A stretch of DNA of 64,000 nucleotides, from the NCBI RefSeq assembly GCF_041146345.1, contig NW_027191405.1, positions 1,364,001 through 1,428,000 of the forward strand, in the 5' to 3' direction. The position numbers and the translations under genes were made by a program. Below, one piece after another: positions 51,851-64,000 of the stretch (positions within the stretch are counted from its first letter, which is position 1; each line of letters begins with the position of its first letter). The notes beneath the pieces are model-generated. The model ran no database searches. It was not told where the DNA came from and was given only the letters and a program-made list of their open reading frames with translations. The stretch is from Neodothiora populina. Taxonomy: Eukaryota.

Positions 51851-52927
51851 TCAGATACCCACTTCGGGCGACTTTGATACCGGGCGGCCGTAGACTCGCT
51901 CGTACTCGCGCTTGTAGCGTTCTCGTTCTTCCAAGGACTGGTCGGCATATTTCTGAGGTTGGAGTTAGCGTACGGCATTCTCGGAGAGCCGGTGTGCCAA
52001 AAACATACCTGGCGCTCGCTGTCTGACAGGCTCCTCCATTTCTCGGCCCACTCCTTCATCTTCTCGGGAGGGAAGCCATCTCCAGCCGCAGATTGATCTC
52101 TGAGGTAGAGCATGAAGCTGTTCATGGGAGCATTGACATGACGATCGTCCTGGATATGGTGGTACTTTTTGTTGCTGCCTGTCAAGAGTCGTAGCTTACG
52201 ACGGGCAATGTTGGCCAAGCGGATCTGGTCCGGAGTATGAGATTGCACCCATTCCTGGTATTGTTGCTTCTTCTTCTTGCCGATTTCATCTGCCTGGCTT
52301 TGATAGCGCTTGGACTGGTCAGAAAAGTCACACACAAGCAGTGCTATAGCAACACACCTCAAGTTCAGCAGGCGACATGGCTTTGTACTCGCGCGACAGT
52401 TCGGCAGACTTGGATCCGAGCTGATTGCCTCCGATATGCTCACCGCGCGCCGCGGCGTCCTTCAGACTCTGAACATAAAAGACCTGCCAGGCAGACTGGC
52501 CTCTGGTCGAGGAGACGGGGTTACCCAACAGAGCAGTCGCCTTGAGATCAGCGAGCGCCTGCTTCTGCTTGTCTTTGGCCGCCTTGAGTTTCTGCTTTTG
52601 CACTCTCTCCTTCGCCTTTGCTTTTACTTGTTCGGCCTTGACTTTGCGCTTCTCCTCCAGTTCTTTCCTCTTCGCTGCCTGCTCCGCTGTGGGCTTCGCC
52701 TTTGCCCTGGGCTTCCGTGGTGACTTGGCGGGTGCCTTTGATGTGGACTTGGGCTCGGTCTTGACAGCTCTCTTGACGCTCCTGGACGGTTCGCCGACGG
52801 CGGTCCTGGGTCTCCCACGGGTCGCATACGCCCTCTGAGCTACAGAAACAGGTCGTAGGGGGTTGACGGTGCGGAACAAGCCTGACGCGTGCGCGTAAAC
52901 ACGGAGAGTGACCTTGGATCCGAGCAT
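51851..52927 (-). CDS. Mitochondrial HMG-box nucleoid protein (Abf2/TFAM-like)
   Basis: Arg-rich presequence ending RAYAT, a Lys/Ala-rich region, and two HMG-like boxes (SAWQVFY...YKAMSPAELE; PMNSFMLY...WRSLSDSERQ/KY); two introns. Confidence 0.82.
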
Positions 52928-53718
52928 CTTTGCGCTGATGGATGCTTTTCAGCTCGGGGTTTGGAGACGAATCAGAGGATAGAGTCGCCGCCTTCTTCAG
53001 ACACTGGCGGACGATAAGGCAGTGTTGATTGAGTTGTGGTGGTAGTCTTTCCGACGGAAAAAGGTGAATGGCAGGGTGGAAGTCAAGTCGAACGCGTGAA
53101 GTCACAGGAAAGCGCGAGGCAGGTACGGAGCTCTCAGGTACATGTCTGATGTATCTTTTGCGACAGTGGTGTGGCCGGTTTAGAGTTGCAAATTATTACT
53201 ATATCGATGACTAGTGTCAAACCTTATCAACCCCCCACGTCCTGTCCTCTTCGGGTTTAGGATTTGACGTCGATGACGCACCTGACAAGTACCGAGTAGA
53301 CTTGATAGCAGCGCGGTACAGAACATCTAGGGTCGCTAGCGTACCAAGCAAGATCGTTGACTTGTCAAACAAAGTACACTTCAGTGATTGGGTTTCATTG
53401 CTTCAGCATGAGCAGCAGGGCTTCTGTAAGCAGCTCTCGATCGCAAAAGGAGACCATGATCTATCAGGACTTCGACTATAGGATGCCAGCGTAAGGCCCT
53501 CCGTTCTGGCGGTGGGACCAGCAATGTATGCCCAGCATCGTCACGTCTAGTCAAAGCCTGAAGACAGAAATAGATCGATGTTGTTGTATACCTACTTAGG
53601 TCATTGCTCATGCCAGGACGATGCTGCCAACATGGTGTTAACTACCTTACGGAGTCTCTTCACTGGATCCGGGCATCAAAGCTTGATATCATAAAACTGT
53701 TTGCGACCAAATCTCAAC

Positions 53719-56534
53719 ATGACTGCACGCCTTTCGAAAGGGCCCGACACATCCACTCTGGCAAGAGTGCAGCAAGTAATGCATCAGGAAAAATGTGCCG
53801 GACCTGTGCCTCTCCAGGTTGGCAGTCGTGTTGTCATGTGCTACAAAGCTCCTTTCAGACCCTTTGACCTGAACTCCCAGCCTTATGTTGACGACACAGG
53901 AACGGAATACTGGGGCGATCTTGGGCCGCGATACCAGGTGCAAATGCTGGAAGACAAATGTAAGCAACTATATGACGTGGCAGAAGGCATGCAATTTCAT
54001 GCGAGGCTAGACGACTGTTTGTCCGAGTGGTTGGAATGCAGTTTCAGATGGGCCTCAGACGAGCCTGAAGACACCTTGGTCCAGACGGCGGTCAGCATAC
54101 TAGAGAGACTGCCGAGTCATCCACCAGGCATCCAAGAATCGGAGATGATCGAGTTACTGGACGAGCTCAGTTCGTGTCATTTCGTGGAATCGAGCAGCCA
54201 CGATATGTGGGAAAATAGCAAGAGTGCTAAATGGGTCGATCACAATGTCATACGAATTGCCCTTCAGATGGCCGCCGAGGGCTATGGCAGTAGGACTGAC
54301 AGCGGTGAGGCATCGCAGAACAGTACCGCAATACAACAAATGGTGAACCATATCAACAATGTTGGTGCACTCTTGCACCATGCTCATCGGCTAAGGCAGC
54401 AACGATTAGACAACCACCAGCAGCAAGCATGGCGGTGGATGATTGTAGAGTTATTCCTTTGGTCCACTTGGCATCGCTCAGTACTTCTGGTCTCGTCTCT
54501 CAATCTCCGACTGCAGCTTAGAGGTGTTCCTTCCAGCGATGGTAGTTGGCAAGCTATCAATACAAGCTTCATTTCCTGGTTGGACACGAGTGCATGCCAT
54601 GACCCACCCGAGTGGATGTGCCGCTGGAGTTATGAGTGCATTCGAAGCGATCGGGCTTCTCTGAGCTCAGACCTGCGCAGCCTCTGTAGTCGCTATCAGG
54701 AGTTTGCTCAACTCCAAGGAGTCGAATGTTTGGAAGCCCGTTGTGACAAGGATGAATATGGAACACCTCGTCAATGCAATGGCAGGTCTCCTTTTGCATG
54801 TAGGCGATATATTGGCACCGACGCTCATGGCGAAACCATCAATCAGTCAGCTCATGCATGGCCTTGTCAAGGTACTGGTGATGGATGTTTGCGGCTGTGG
54901 TGGAATGAGGAGTCCTACAGGCGCGCCGCACCGGCTCCTGCTGTTGACGTCGCCCATGATGGTATCGATGCGGGTCTGACATTCACTCCGTATTCTGGTA
55001 AAACCATGGCCATCTCTCACGTCTGGAGTCATGGACAAGGCGGACGAATCGACAAGAAACGGACAAGTGGTCTGACTGCTGACAAAATAGTCTTATGAGC
55101 TTACAGGCATGAATGAATGTCTTCATCGGCGTTACTGTGACATAGCTCGAGCCCAAGGATGTGACTCGTACTGGATGGACACTCCCTGCGTACCTGGTCA
55201 GCCAGATCTTCGGAATGCAGCTATTGAAGAAATCAATAGCGTATTCAGCACAAGTAAGCTCACCCTAGTATGCGATCGAGATATCATGCAGATCGACATG
55301 TCACGACCAACCTTGCGAATAAAAGAGATAGTGCTAGCTGTCCTGCTTGCATCCGACTGGAACACCAGAGCATGGACCTTCCTCGAGGCCATGCGAAGTA
55401 AAGCTAATATACACGTTCTCTGCAAGAATGATAAAGTTATATCGTTAGTCTCCTTGATCGACGACGTGAACCAGAACGGCAGGATAGACCTTGCAGTCCT
55501 TTTTCTCACCGCGCAGCATCTCAGCCCAGTCAAGGCAGATTACTCATACATGACGCTGGAAGAAGCTGCATGTCTACTCAGTCATCGTCTCGTCTCGAAG
55601 GCGCATGACAACGTCATCATATGGGCGCTACTGGCTCATGAAGAGCGCGTTGTCGAAGCCACAAGACTCTGGAGATCCAGAATGTATCGCGACACGGCAA
55701 AGATGGAAGAAATGAGAACGCGGGCAAGACAGCGATGGAAAGGTCCAGACTACCCCGAAACATGGCGCAATACGCTTAGCTCAATAGTCCACTCCGGTGC
55801 ACTTCTCTCCTCGGTCCCACGGATCAAATTCCAGAGGTACAAGCTGGGCTCCAGCGTTTCCTACTGCTTTTCCCAAGCCTGATGATGACAAGCGTCACTG
55901 GTATCCCTCGCGTGGCTTGAATAGTCGCGTAGCCCATTTCGACGACGACTTTCTCACGTGCGAATGGTTGGTCCATGAATTCATTGGCTTTAGCTGGTCG
56001 AGTCGTTGGATACGTGTAATCCTGCCTTTCATTCCGGCTTCCGGTAGGAACCATGAGATATCTCGGGGGATAGCGGCCAAATACTTGCGATGTTACAACA
56101 GAGGGGCGGTACTCCGATCTATCCACTACGACTATAATTTCGCGAAGATGGCCATCTCGCCGTCTCAGATGATATCTGACGAGTCGATATTGCTGATCGT
56201 GGGCGCTAACGATGACGAGGGTTGGGAATGGGTGGATGTATGTCCGTGGCAGGAATGCTTCGTACTGTCGGTCTTTGCTCGAAGGTTGAGAATTCGTTCG
56301 AACTGGACACTCCACAGCTCGCGCAGCTATTGGGTGATGGAGATATGGAGACTACTCTGGTCTAATATGACGAATCTCGTCTTCTGGTTCCCCTGCCTTA
56401 TGTTCTATATTACTGGGTATGGTCATCCATCGTACTTTGCAGACCCTAGTCGGGAGGATCCCGTGGAGCGCCACAATTTCAAACCAAGAGATGCCCCAAA
56501 CCAAGCAGGAGCAGGAACGCCAAACGACACTTAA
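53719..56534 (+). pseudogene. HET-domain (heterokaryon incompatibility-like) gene broken by two frameshifts
   Basis: AISHVWSHGQGG, then GMNECLH...YWMDTPCVP...SDWNTRAWT, then GTSWAP lie in three different frames. Shifts fall near 55090 and 55830, with no usable GT-AG intron at either. Confidence 0.7.
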
Positions 56535-57390
56535 GGCCTGACGCAAGGAACAACATCTCATTCTACCTGTGAAATTGATGAGGTCCCAGGTTGAACAATT
56601 GGAGCCAACGATGCCGGACAGCCTGATCGGCATGCACTCTTGTTACACAGTATCTGTCATCCGGAAAAATGACAGCCCACTCAGGCAACTGGCAATCGCA
56701 GCAGATATTGGCGAACCATATACTCTCAGCGATAGCGCCAACATTGGGAAGAGTCAAGGTAAGATAGAGATCAAGATGTACAGAACACAAACTCTGGTCG
56801 TGTGCTTGTCGATCGCCCTGTTCCTTGTGGCGGTCAACCCTTCCCAACTCTTTCATGTACTGACCGGGTGTGATGTCTAGATGCAGGACTTAAGATGACT
56901 GTAAATAGAGTCAATAATCAGCATCTTGTTTGTCACCGTTCACATCCGATGAATACCAGTCAACAATGGTATGGCTTCTACAACAGACAGTTGGAGTTGC
57001 ATATCATCAATCTATATATACCTAGTGGTAAGGCTTATTAGTCCCCAACAACCTTTGGTTCCTTCCGTTCTACGACATGACGTCGATGCCTCTAAGACTT
57101 AGGACGGACAGGTGTTGCTGCCTCATCACTCCGTTGTCACATGCATTGAGAAAGCCTGGTCTTGGCGTTTATGCCTCATACTGGAGATATCCGTAATTAC
57201 GTCCGTGTATTTGTCCCATCACTAACACCATCACTTACAACGACACTGTCATCCCTCATCTCTTTTCGCGACGGAAAGACAGATTCTCGCTATTGTACAT
57301 CGCCAGTCTTCGAGAGACAGGACAGTGCTTTGCCGTGATACAGTGAGCCCATACCGACGGACGACTAAAGAGGTCCATCTTCATTCCGCC

Positions 57391-60300
57391 ATGTCTGGCA
57401 GACCGCGGTCGCCTGCGCGCCGCGGCGACTATCGCAGAGACGACAGAGATCGCGACTACCGCCGTGACGACCGAAGAAGCGACTATGGTCGTCGTCGTTC
57501 CCCAGCTGTAAGAGGGTCCCCCAATGTCCTTCACTTTGACCATCCACACTTACATCTATGCAGAGATATGACCGCGACAGATACGACGATCGACGGGGCC
57601 CGCGTCGCTACGATGACTATCCGAGAGACCGCGACAGAAAACGCTCTCGCGACCGGTCACCAGCCAGGAGCCATCGCGATCGCAGCAGAGACCGAGAAAG
57701 AGATGGACGTCGCAGAGACGACTCACGTGATCGTAAGCGTCCCAGACGTACAGACTCGGTCGAGTCAAGGCGCCGAGCTCCTCGTGACGATGACAGGGAC
57801 AGACGAGGCCCAACTCCTTCCAAGCAGGTATGTCTGCACATCTCTCATGTCTTCTCTGTCGCAAGAACAAAACTGACCGAGGCACAGGACCCTGCCCCGG
57901 TGAAACCCACAGTCAAGGACAAAGCTGCTGAAGAAGAGCGCATCAAACTTGAGCGTCAGGCCAAACTTCAAGCATGGAAGAAACAACAAGAAGACAAGAG
58001 AAAGAAATTGCTGGAAGAACAGCAACAACAGCAACAGTCTCCAGATGCTGCTAATCCCCAGAGTCCCGCAGTGAACTCTTCTACACCCTCGGTGAACCCT
58101 GCAGTTTCTGCCACCGCGTCTCCTGATCCGAGCGCATCGCCTCAGCCTGGTTCTACCCAGCTGAACGGAGCTGCCACGCAAAAGGGCTTCGCTGGTAAAT
58201 TCGACCACAAAGCTATCGCAAAGAAGGCTTCCACTGCAAATGCAAAGCTCCAGCCACTCGGCAGTGACATCAATATACCTGGGAAGTCAAAGTCTGCCGC
58301 CATCCCGGCTTCTGATTCTGCCAACAAAGCGACTGACTCTAGCAACAAGTCAAATTCTAGTCTTGGCAAAGGTGTGTTTGTCCCTTCTATGAGCTATACC
58401 ATCATCCATCAAACTAACATCCGACCAGCCTTCTCCACCACATCCGCTTCGAGCGCTCTTAGAAAGGGTTTCGGCACCGTGCGGGGCTCAGGAGAGGAGA
58501 AGGAGAAGACCACTCCTCAAGCCGGCCCTGCCATTGATATGGATGACGAAGAAGTCGAACATCGCAAGTTAGAGAAGCTTCCCACTCCCGACCTTGACGA
58601 CGATACTGGGGATGCTGCGCACGCTAACCGTGATGAGACTCATGATGACGACGGCGACCTTGACATTGCCGATGCAGGTTCCGAGGAGGAAATTGCCGCT
58701 GCCGCCCGTGCAGCTGCCGAGAAACGTGCCGCTGAAGCTGCCGAGGTCTCTGTCGATGCAGATGCTATGCAAGGCGTTCGGTCGACCACCCCAGCGAATG
58801 GTACTGTCGAAATAGAGACCGATGAAGTAGACGATGATGTTGACCCTCTTGATGCTTTCATGAATGGGCTAACCGAAGAGACATCGACAACTACAAACAG
58901 GAAATCAAGCTCTCGCAACAAGCTCCTGGAGCCCGAAGCTATCTTCAGTGAAGACGAAGGTGCCGATCTGGACGCCGTGGGCGAAGACCCTGACGAGATC
59001 CTAGCCATGGCAAGCAAGAGGAAGAAGAAGGAAATGCCGTCGGTCGATCATGCCAAGATCGAGTATGAGCCTTTCCGTAAGAACTTCTACACCGAGCCAC
59101 AGGAGGTAAAAGATATGACCGACGAGGAGGTGCAGCTGCTTCGTTTCGAACTTGATGACATCAAAGTGCAGGGCAAAGATGTTCCCAGACCCGTCCAGAA
59201 GTTTGCGCAGTTTGGTCTTGGAACCCAGGTCCTTGACATTATCCGCAGCCTCGAATTCGACAAACCCACTCCAATTCAGTCTCAGACCATTCCGGCAATC
59301 ATGGCTGGTAGAGACATCATCGGTGTGGCCAAGACCGGCTCTGGCAAGACTGTAGCCTTCTTGCTTCCCATGTTCCGACATATAAAAGATCAACGCCCCC
59401 TCGCTAGCATGGAAGGGCCCGTTGGACTCGTCCTCGCTCCCACTCGTGAGCTTGCTCAACAGATTCACAAGGAGTGCAAGCCCTATCTGAAAGCCCTGAA
59501 CTTGCGGGCCGTGTGCGCTTATGGTGGTGCTCCGATCAAAGATCAGATAGCTGAGCTCAAGCGCGGCGCCGAGATCATCGTGTGCACACCTGGCCGCATG
59601 GTTGATCTACTCGCAGCCAATTCTGGACGTGTGACCAATCTCCGACGTGTCACCTATGTCGTGCTGGACGAGGCAGATCGAATGTTCGACATGGGTTTCG
59701 AGCCACAAGTCGTCAAGATTCTTAGTAACATCCGCCCTGACCACCAAACCGTCCTATTCTCAGCCACCATGCCTCGTAACATGGAGTCTCTCGCACGTAA
59801 AGTCTTGCGGAAGCCTGTGCAGATAACTGTGGGTGGTCGCGCAACTGTGTCCGATACCATCACACAGATTGTAGAGATCCGCCCAGAAGCCAGCAAAATG
59901 TTCAGGACGCTGGAATTGCTCGGTAATCTATTCACTCAAGACGATGATGCACGTGCGTTGATCTTCGTCGAGCGTCAAGAAGCTGCTGACAAGATGATGT
60001 TTGATCTACACACAAGAGGTTACCCTTGTTCTTCTATCCACGGTGGTAGAGAGCAGATCGATCGCGAGCAAGCTATTGACGATTTCAAACGCGGTGATAT
60101 CCCGATCCTGATAGCCACGTCTATTGCAGCTCGAGGATTGGACGTCAAGCAGCTGAAACTCGTCATCAATTTCGATGTGCCTAACCACCTAGAAGATTAC
60201 GTTCATCGTGCTGGCCGTACTGGACGCGCTGGAAAGACCGGCACCGCCGTCACCTTCATCACGCCGGAGCAAGAAAAGTACGCTCCAGATCTAGTCAAAG

Positions 60301-61127
60301 CCTTCAAGCGCAGCAAACTAGAAGCGCCCAAAGACCTCGTCGAGATGGCCGATGGATACCTTACCAAGGTCAAGGGAGGACATGCCAAAGCCACTGGTAC
60401 CGGCTTTGGAGGCCGAGGTATCGAGAGATTCGAGGAACAACGTGCTTTGGAACGTGCTCGGGAGCGAAAGGCACTCAAGCTCGGCGATGATGAGGAGGAA
60501 GACGAAAAGGAAGAAAAGAAGGAAGAAGACAAACTTCCGGAGATCAACATCATCAAACGTGGTGATGAGACCACTGCCGCCCCGACTCCTGCTCCCGTCG
60601 CGAAGCCTCTGCATGTTGGCATTCCTGCCGGCGTTGACTTGGATGCCGATGTCAAGGTCGTCAAGACCGAGATACCACAGCCAGCGACTGGCGCTGGACC
60701 GACCAACAAGCTGTCGGCTGCGGCTGCGGCTGCTGCAAGTATCAATAGTCGACTCGGCGCACGCAACTCCACTCGTCCTGGTGTTCCGATTGACAACAAA
60801 GGTCCCGACGCAGGCGCTTATCACGCCACACTCGAGATCAATGACTTTCCCCAGAAGGCCCGTTGGGGTGTCACCAACAGAACGAATGTCGCCAAGATCC
60901 TCGAAGCTACCGGCGTTTCCATCACGAGTAAGGGTAACTTCTACAAGCCTCCAGACCAGCCTGGTGAGGGTGACCCGCCCAAGCTTTATATTCTGGTGGA
61001 AGGCGATACGGAGTTGCAGGTCACCCAAGCGATGCGCGAGTTGCAGCGCCTGCTGAAGGAAGGTACTCTCGCTGCTGCAGATGCCGATGCCAGAGCACCC
61101 GCCAGTGGTAGATATACCGTCACGTGA
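57391..61127 (+). CDS. prp5: Pre-mRNA-processing DEAD-box helicase Prp5 (DDX46)
   Basis: RS/RD-rich N-terminus, [30 protein letters not shown] and C-terminal [12 protein letters not shown]; three probable introns. Confidence 0.95.
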
Positions 61128-61709
61128 TCGTTGGAGGATTTTTCATTCGAAAGGTAAGCCGAGTAGCACGCGCTGTCTGCGTCTGCTTTGAACCACGGCC
61201 CCAACGCTTTCCCCTGGCGTATCTGCCGCTGCCCCTTCACAATTCTATCCCTTCATTGTGCTTTCCGTGGAGGCTGCAGGCCAACCAGAGTCATGCATCC
61301 GAAAGATGACCATCACATTCCAACATCACGGCTGTAATTCGAGCCATTTGATGGACCAGTCTTTTTGTTACCTAGCGACACCTCTCACCTGCAGAGAAAA
61401 CGTTCCAGATAGCTGCTTTAGAAAACCTCACAAAAGTCTTCCCTATTGTCTCATGATTGAAACCAGTCTCGACTTTCGTATCGTATAGACTGGAGTATCG
61501 CAAGATTAATGCTCCGTAATGTCGGTCTGTACATGGAGAGCTGCGAACATAGCTGTCCGATGCCCTGGAATTCTCGGACGGGGTTTCTTATCTTATCTCC
61601 CGGATTCTGTACCCCGCGGATTGATGCCAACTCCACATTCTCGTTGACTCGAGGCATATATTCCTCTGTACTGAACTGACAAAGATCAAAGTCCCATCAT
61701 GCATGTATC

Positions 61710-62579
61710 ATGACAAGAAAGAGAGCGCGACCTGAGCCGACAGGCGCCAGCCATGTGGTGGCGACAGAGTCTTCGCGCTCAGCGTGCAAGCGGCTCAAAA
61801 TCTCACTGAGAACGCCATCTACCTTCACGAGCCACGATGCAGATCCGCGAGTCGCGACACCGACGATTGATCCCCCAGAGCGCACATCAGAGCAACGGCC
61901 ATGTCCTCTCCTCCGCCTCCCCTGGGAACTGCGCTCACAGGTCTACCGTCTCGCGCTCCAAAAGCCAACATCGACCATATCGACGCACTCTTCGCCTCTC
62001 CTCGACCTCACGCACGACAACACCGCCAACGCCGAGCCTTCTCTCTTACGCACCTGCCGTCGCATCCGCCAGGAATCCCTGCCGATCTTCTACGCGTGCA
62101 ATGACTGGGTGATCAAGACCCGGCGCGTGAACAACGGGATCGATCCCGCCACAAGATTGCCTGTGTTGTATGAGATCATACCCCGGTGGGTCGAGGCGGT
62201 CGAGGAGAGGAAGGTGGGCATGATGGGGAGGTTTGTTGCTGTGGGATCTAGAGGCAGCTTTGTGGATACTGAGGGCAGGTGGAGGGAGGGTAGACGGGCG
62301 GCATTCAGGGTTGAGGTCGAGGGGATGAGGAGGGAGGGGTTTGTGGTTCGGGAGGTTGATGGATATGCAGGGAGTGAGGAGGACGATGATGCTGCGGTCT
62401 TGACGAGGGATAGGGAGAAGAAAGACATGGATGGAGAGATGTTTTGTGAGATTCGATTGATTGATCTATTGCGGGCCAAGATGAGGTGGTTCTCCAAAGG
62501 TCGGGATGGGGCTGCAGGCGGAGGACGGAATTGGAAATGGTCCAAGGAGAAAGTACACGAGATTGCTTTCCTGCTTTGA
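61710..62579 (+). CDS. F-box-like (2EXR-like) domain protein
   Basis: CPLLRLPWELRSQVYRLAL and PSLLRTCRRIRQESLPIFY motifs. Confidence 0.7.
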   Translation: MTRKRARPEPTGASHVVATESSRSACKRLKISLRTPSTFTSHDADPRVATPTIDPPERTSEQRPCPLLRLPWELRSQVYRLALQKPTSTISTHSSPLLDLTHDNTANAEPSLLRTCRRIRQESLPIFYACNDWVIKTRRVNNGIDPATRLPVLYEIIPRWVEAVEERKVGMMGRFVAVGSRGSFVDTEGRWREGRRAAFRVEVEGMRREGFVVREVDGYAGSEEDDDAAVLTRDREKKDMDGEMFCEIRLIDLLRAKMRWFSKGRDGAAGGGRNWKWSKEKVHEIAFLL

Positions 62580-63394
62580 AGCAGTTCATGAATATAATGT
62601 TGAAATGACTATGATCTCAACGAGGATTGCTATGTGAGACGGCATAGCTGGTTTGAAGCTGCAGCGCATATGTGTGTCTATATGAATTCCTAGGAGCAGG
62701 GCGATTGCTCGACTATATCGACCAAAGCGTTCTGATATTGCCTATTTTGTCGCACGTAGATTGGCATATCAAAGTACAGATCGTCTCCTACTGCTTCGAA
62801 TGGATTCTTTGCCCACAACTAGTTTCTACTGCTCAGTCCAATCCTGGAGTGGTGAGTGAAGTTCCATGTGACGATCAGACCAATTGACAAGGAATTGTGA
62901 CTTTGATATGCATTATGCCTACTTGAGTCTATATGATTCTACCGCAACCATGGCTGCCTTGGAAGTAAATCAGATAGCACCTCAGCCAAGCTTCACTCTA
63001 CACGTGTGGACGCGATCTCTTGGCAGGTCGCGACGCGGGTCCAGGCATCCCGCGTCCACGTCTTGATTGCATCAGATACATTACAGCAATGCATATCATA
63101 TATCCCACAGTATAATATCAGATCGATTGCGAATGAACTGGTGCGGAAGATCTATCCATTGCCGGCGCGCTTGAAAGAGCCTGCTCTGTCCTAAAAGCTA
63201 AGGCCAAAGACAAACCACACTCAAAAACCACATTTCGCCACAAAATCATAGAGACGCTGTCCATCGTTTACCCAAAACTCGCGTGACCCTCTACCAGGAT
63301 AAATAGTGCAGCAAACACTCGCCGGCGATAACTAAGCAAGAAAAGCATGCAGGACTGCTGAGGATCTACCGGAAGCATTAGCAACAAAAAAGCA

Positions 63395-64000
63395 ATGGGA
63401 GATCAGACAAGTGCTCTCTTCTGGGGCGTCGACTACACAATCATCCCCAGCGACACCATCGACACAGCTACACAGGACGAACTCCACTCCATCTTACAGA
63501 CCAACCAAGCGCAGTTCATCCCGCTTCGGTCGCCGGACGGGCGCGTCGATCAGGTGCGCGCGCATACGCACATCATCGCCGACAGCGTCGATTTCCCAGA
63601 CTACAACGCCGCGCTCGACGCATCGGTGCACGTGGTGAAACCCAGCTGGGTGTTCAGCAGTGTCGAGAAGAAGAGACAGTCGCAGATCAGACAGCATAGT
63701 CCCGACCCGGCCATGTTTTTCAGTCAAGTCACGTTGTCTTGTGCGGAGCTGCCTGAGGGAGACAAAGACGCTGTCATTGCGGGGGTCATCGCCATGGGTG
63801 GACTGTACAGTAATCCCTTGACGAAATTGGTCACGCATATCGTTACGCTGAGCGACGAGAACGACAAGTGCAAGGTTGCCAGGGAGAGGATGCCCGAGTG
63901 CAGGATCGTGTTGCCGCATTGGTTTGATGATTGTTTTAGATTGGGAAAGCTGATCGATGAGACGCCTTATCGATTTCCGGACCCGGAGATACTGCGACTC
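63395..64000 (+). CDS. rtt107: Multi-BRCT DNA repair scaffold Rtt107/Brc1 (5' part; runs off the window)
   Basis: Open from ATG 63395 to the window end: THIIADSVDFPDY, VVKPSWV, SPDPAMFFS, AMGGLYS...VTHIV and VLPHWFDDCFRLG. Missing from the ORF track because no stop codon lies in the window. Confidence 0.88.
   Translation, partial: MGDQTSALFWGVDYTIIPSDTIDTATQDELHSILQTNQAQFIPLRSPDGRVDQVRAHTHIIADSVDFPDYNAALDASVHVVKPSWVFSSVEKKRQSQIRQHSPDPAMFFSQVTLSCAELPEGDKDAVIAGVIAMGGLYSNPLTKLVTHIVTLSDENDKCKVARERMPECRIVLPHWFDDCFRLGKLIDETPYRFPDPEILRL

Noticed and set aside
55067..55090. Mini-intron rescuing the HET reading frame
   Set aside because: Only 24 nt long and a multiple of three, so it cannot correct the frame.
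57391..61127. Functional link between prp5 and the snRNA-like candidate
   Set aside because: They are 7 kb apart with unrelated genes between them; proximity alone is not evidence.
1..64000. Transposons, RIP-mutated AT-rich blocks and CRISPR arrays
   Set aside because: No transposase or reverse transcriptase ORFs, LTRs, TIRs, AT-rich tracts or spaced repeats were seen.

Overview
Gene-dense, intron-containing DNA from a filamentous ascomycete (Pezizomycotina; Dothideomycete-like is my impression). It has about 21 protein-coding loci and one intron-containing tRNA-Asn(GTT). Conserved genes are Hst3/4 sirtuin, Med16, cyclin B, mitochondrial L2, Dna2, a mitochondrial HMG-box protein, Prp5 and the 5' part of an Rtt107/Brc1 BRCT gene. 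Metabolic and regulatory genes are an NAD-dependent epimerase, a pyruvate decarboxylase-like gene, ferroportin, an NCS1 permease paired with a 2OG-Fe(II) dioxygenase, two Zn2Cys6 factors and a PHD protein. There are also two secreted Cys-rich proteins, a small CsbD-like gene with a GC-AG intron, and a doubly frameshifted HET-domain gene. The most unusual item lies in the gap between Dna2 and the HMG gene: a TATA-preceded, highly base-paired ~350 nt segment (about 49670-50020). It carries sense copies of U6-, U2-, U5- and U1-like motifs in series and ends in an Sm-like site plus a hairpin. It is a candidate undescribed snRNA-like ncRNA. All calls were made by eye with no database searches.
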